64,000 nt of DNA, from the NCBI RefSeq assembly GCF_964355755.1, contig NC_092678.1, positions 1,752,422 through 1,816,421 on the forward strand, given 5' to 3'. The number at the start of each line of letters is the position of its first letter. Within the stretch, counting starts at the first letter, position 1. Shown piece after piece: positions 62,719-64,000 of the stretch. Origin of the DNA: Antedon mediterranea (lineage: Eukaryota > Animalia > Echinodermata). Under the pieces are notes generated by a model. It made no database searches and had not been told where the DNA came from. It saw nothing but the letters and a program-made list of their open reading frames with translations. The translations under genes were made by a program, and so were the position numbers.

Positions 62719-63781
62719 TGTCAATTTATATATTTATAAGCTGCAAAAAAATATTATTTTTTGTTTTATATTTTATTCATTTCACCTATGATTTTAATTA
62801 ACAAAAGACACCTTTCTTTGAAGTAATCTTATTGTTATGCTTTTTATAATAATATTGTCTATATTTTATATTTTTTGCTCTAGGGCCTAGTTGTATATTT
62901 AAAATACTTAATTTGGGGCAGTTTAAATTATTTTATTAATTCAGGAATATTTTGTACATATCTTTATCTTAATTGTTTTTGTAAAAATCAAAACACAGAT
63001 AATAATAGTTTCATAATTATTATAAAGACTGGCATATTAACTTCGTAGATTTGCAAACAAATAAGGGAACTACCGCTTTCTAATCAACCGTCGCAAATTA
63101 GAGAACAAATTTTGATGAACAGTCCCCATTAATATTGTTGACCATTTCCATGTAAATTACAGTCCGACTGAGATATAAAACAATGCTATTAAATTCGAAT
63201 CCAGATCATTTTTTCCAATTTCTTGCCCCTTTATTAAATCTCTATTTTTATATAATTATGAACTATGTAACTATTTTATATTATAAATATAATGATAATG
63301 TATTTTGGGTAAAAATGTAGTTAAGAGACTATTAGTCTTAAACTAGAATAACGAAATTTACTATCACAACTCGAGTTAACGTGTACGCATGCGCAGCGTT
63401 TTGTTTGATCTTTGGTGCCGCGTTGAATCTGTATAGTGAGTTTTATCTGCAAGTCGCATGATGTAAAAACTAGTCATGTGGAACTATACGATGGTTTCTA
63501 CGAGATTGAGTCGTCGTCGCAGTTTGGCAACTACGTCCCAGAGCGTGCGTAGAATGACTTTTTACTCGACAGCTGGATGCGTATAGCGAGTGGCGCACCG
63601 TGAAATGAGAGCTTCCTATTAATAATATGGATAAATGTGCTTCGAATTATGTTAAACTTTACCTTATTCTTCGAAATCTTATTAAGTACGTTTAGATGTA
63701 GCAGTAGTTACTTTTTATACAACAAAATTGTTAATATTAGGGTTTAAAGGTCATGTTGACATGAGCCTCCATTTAAAAAAA

Positions 63782-63921
63782 AGTACGCGCCGTAGTCGAA
63801 TAATTAATATGCGCAAACAACGTATGCAAAAGCACCGCGACGCTAATTAATAGTACGCGCCGTAGTCGAATAATTAATATGCGCAAACAACGTATGCAAA
63901 AGCACCGCGACGCTAATTAAT
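63782..63921. repeat. 70-bp perfect tandem duplication
   Basis: 63782-63851 equals 63852-63921. Confidence 0.92.
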
Positions 63922-64000
63922 TTTATAGTTACTTAATTAAATCATTCTATGCATTGAATTTATTATAAATAAGGGATTTTGTACAATTTATTATAAATAA

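Overview
AT-rich, intron-containing eukaryotic DNA from an invertebrate animal, plausibly an echinoderm (inference from gene content and TAGGCCTA enrichment). All exon boundaries were read by eye. From 5' to 3': (1) the 3' exons of a FAM107-family gene; (2) four intact two-coding-exon PLAAT/HRASLS (LRAT-domain) paralogs plus a very recent 683-bp triplication of the last exon of paralog 1; (3) a complete 9-exon AUH gene; (4) minisatellites and an intronless 238-aa Ser/Thr-rich ORF on the minus strand; (5) a >28-kb gene for a secreted protein with signal peptide, Reeler domain, about 32 EGF-like modules and 3 follistatin-N-like modules, almost all on symmetric phase-1 exons and running off the window end. 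One EGF exon is split by a young 5'-truncated Rex1/Babar-like LINE with an open ORF. One intron holds a minimal hammerhead ribozyme next to a solo LTR with a 5-bp TSD. Several MITE families and many minisatellites are present. No rRNA, tRNA or CRISPR array is supported.
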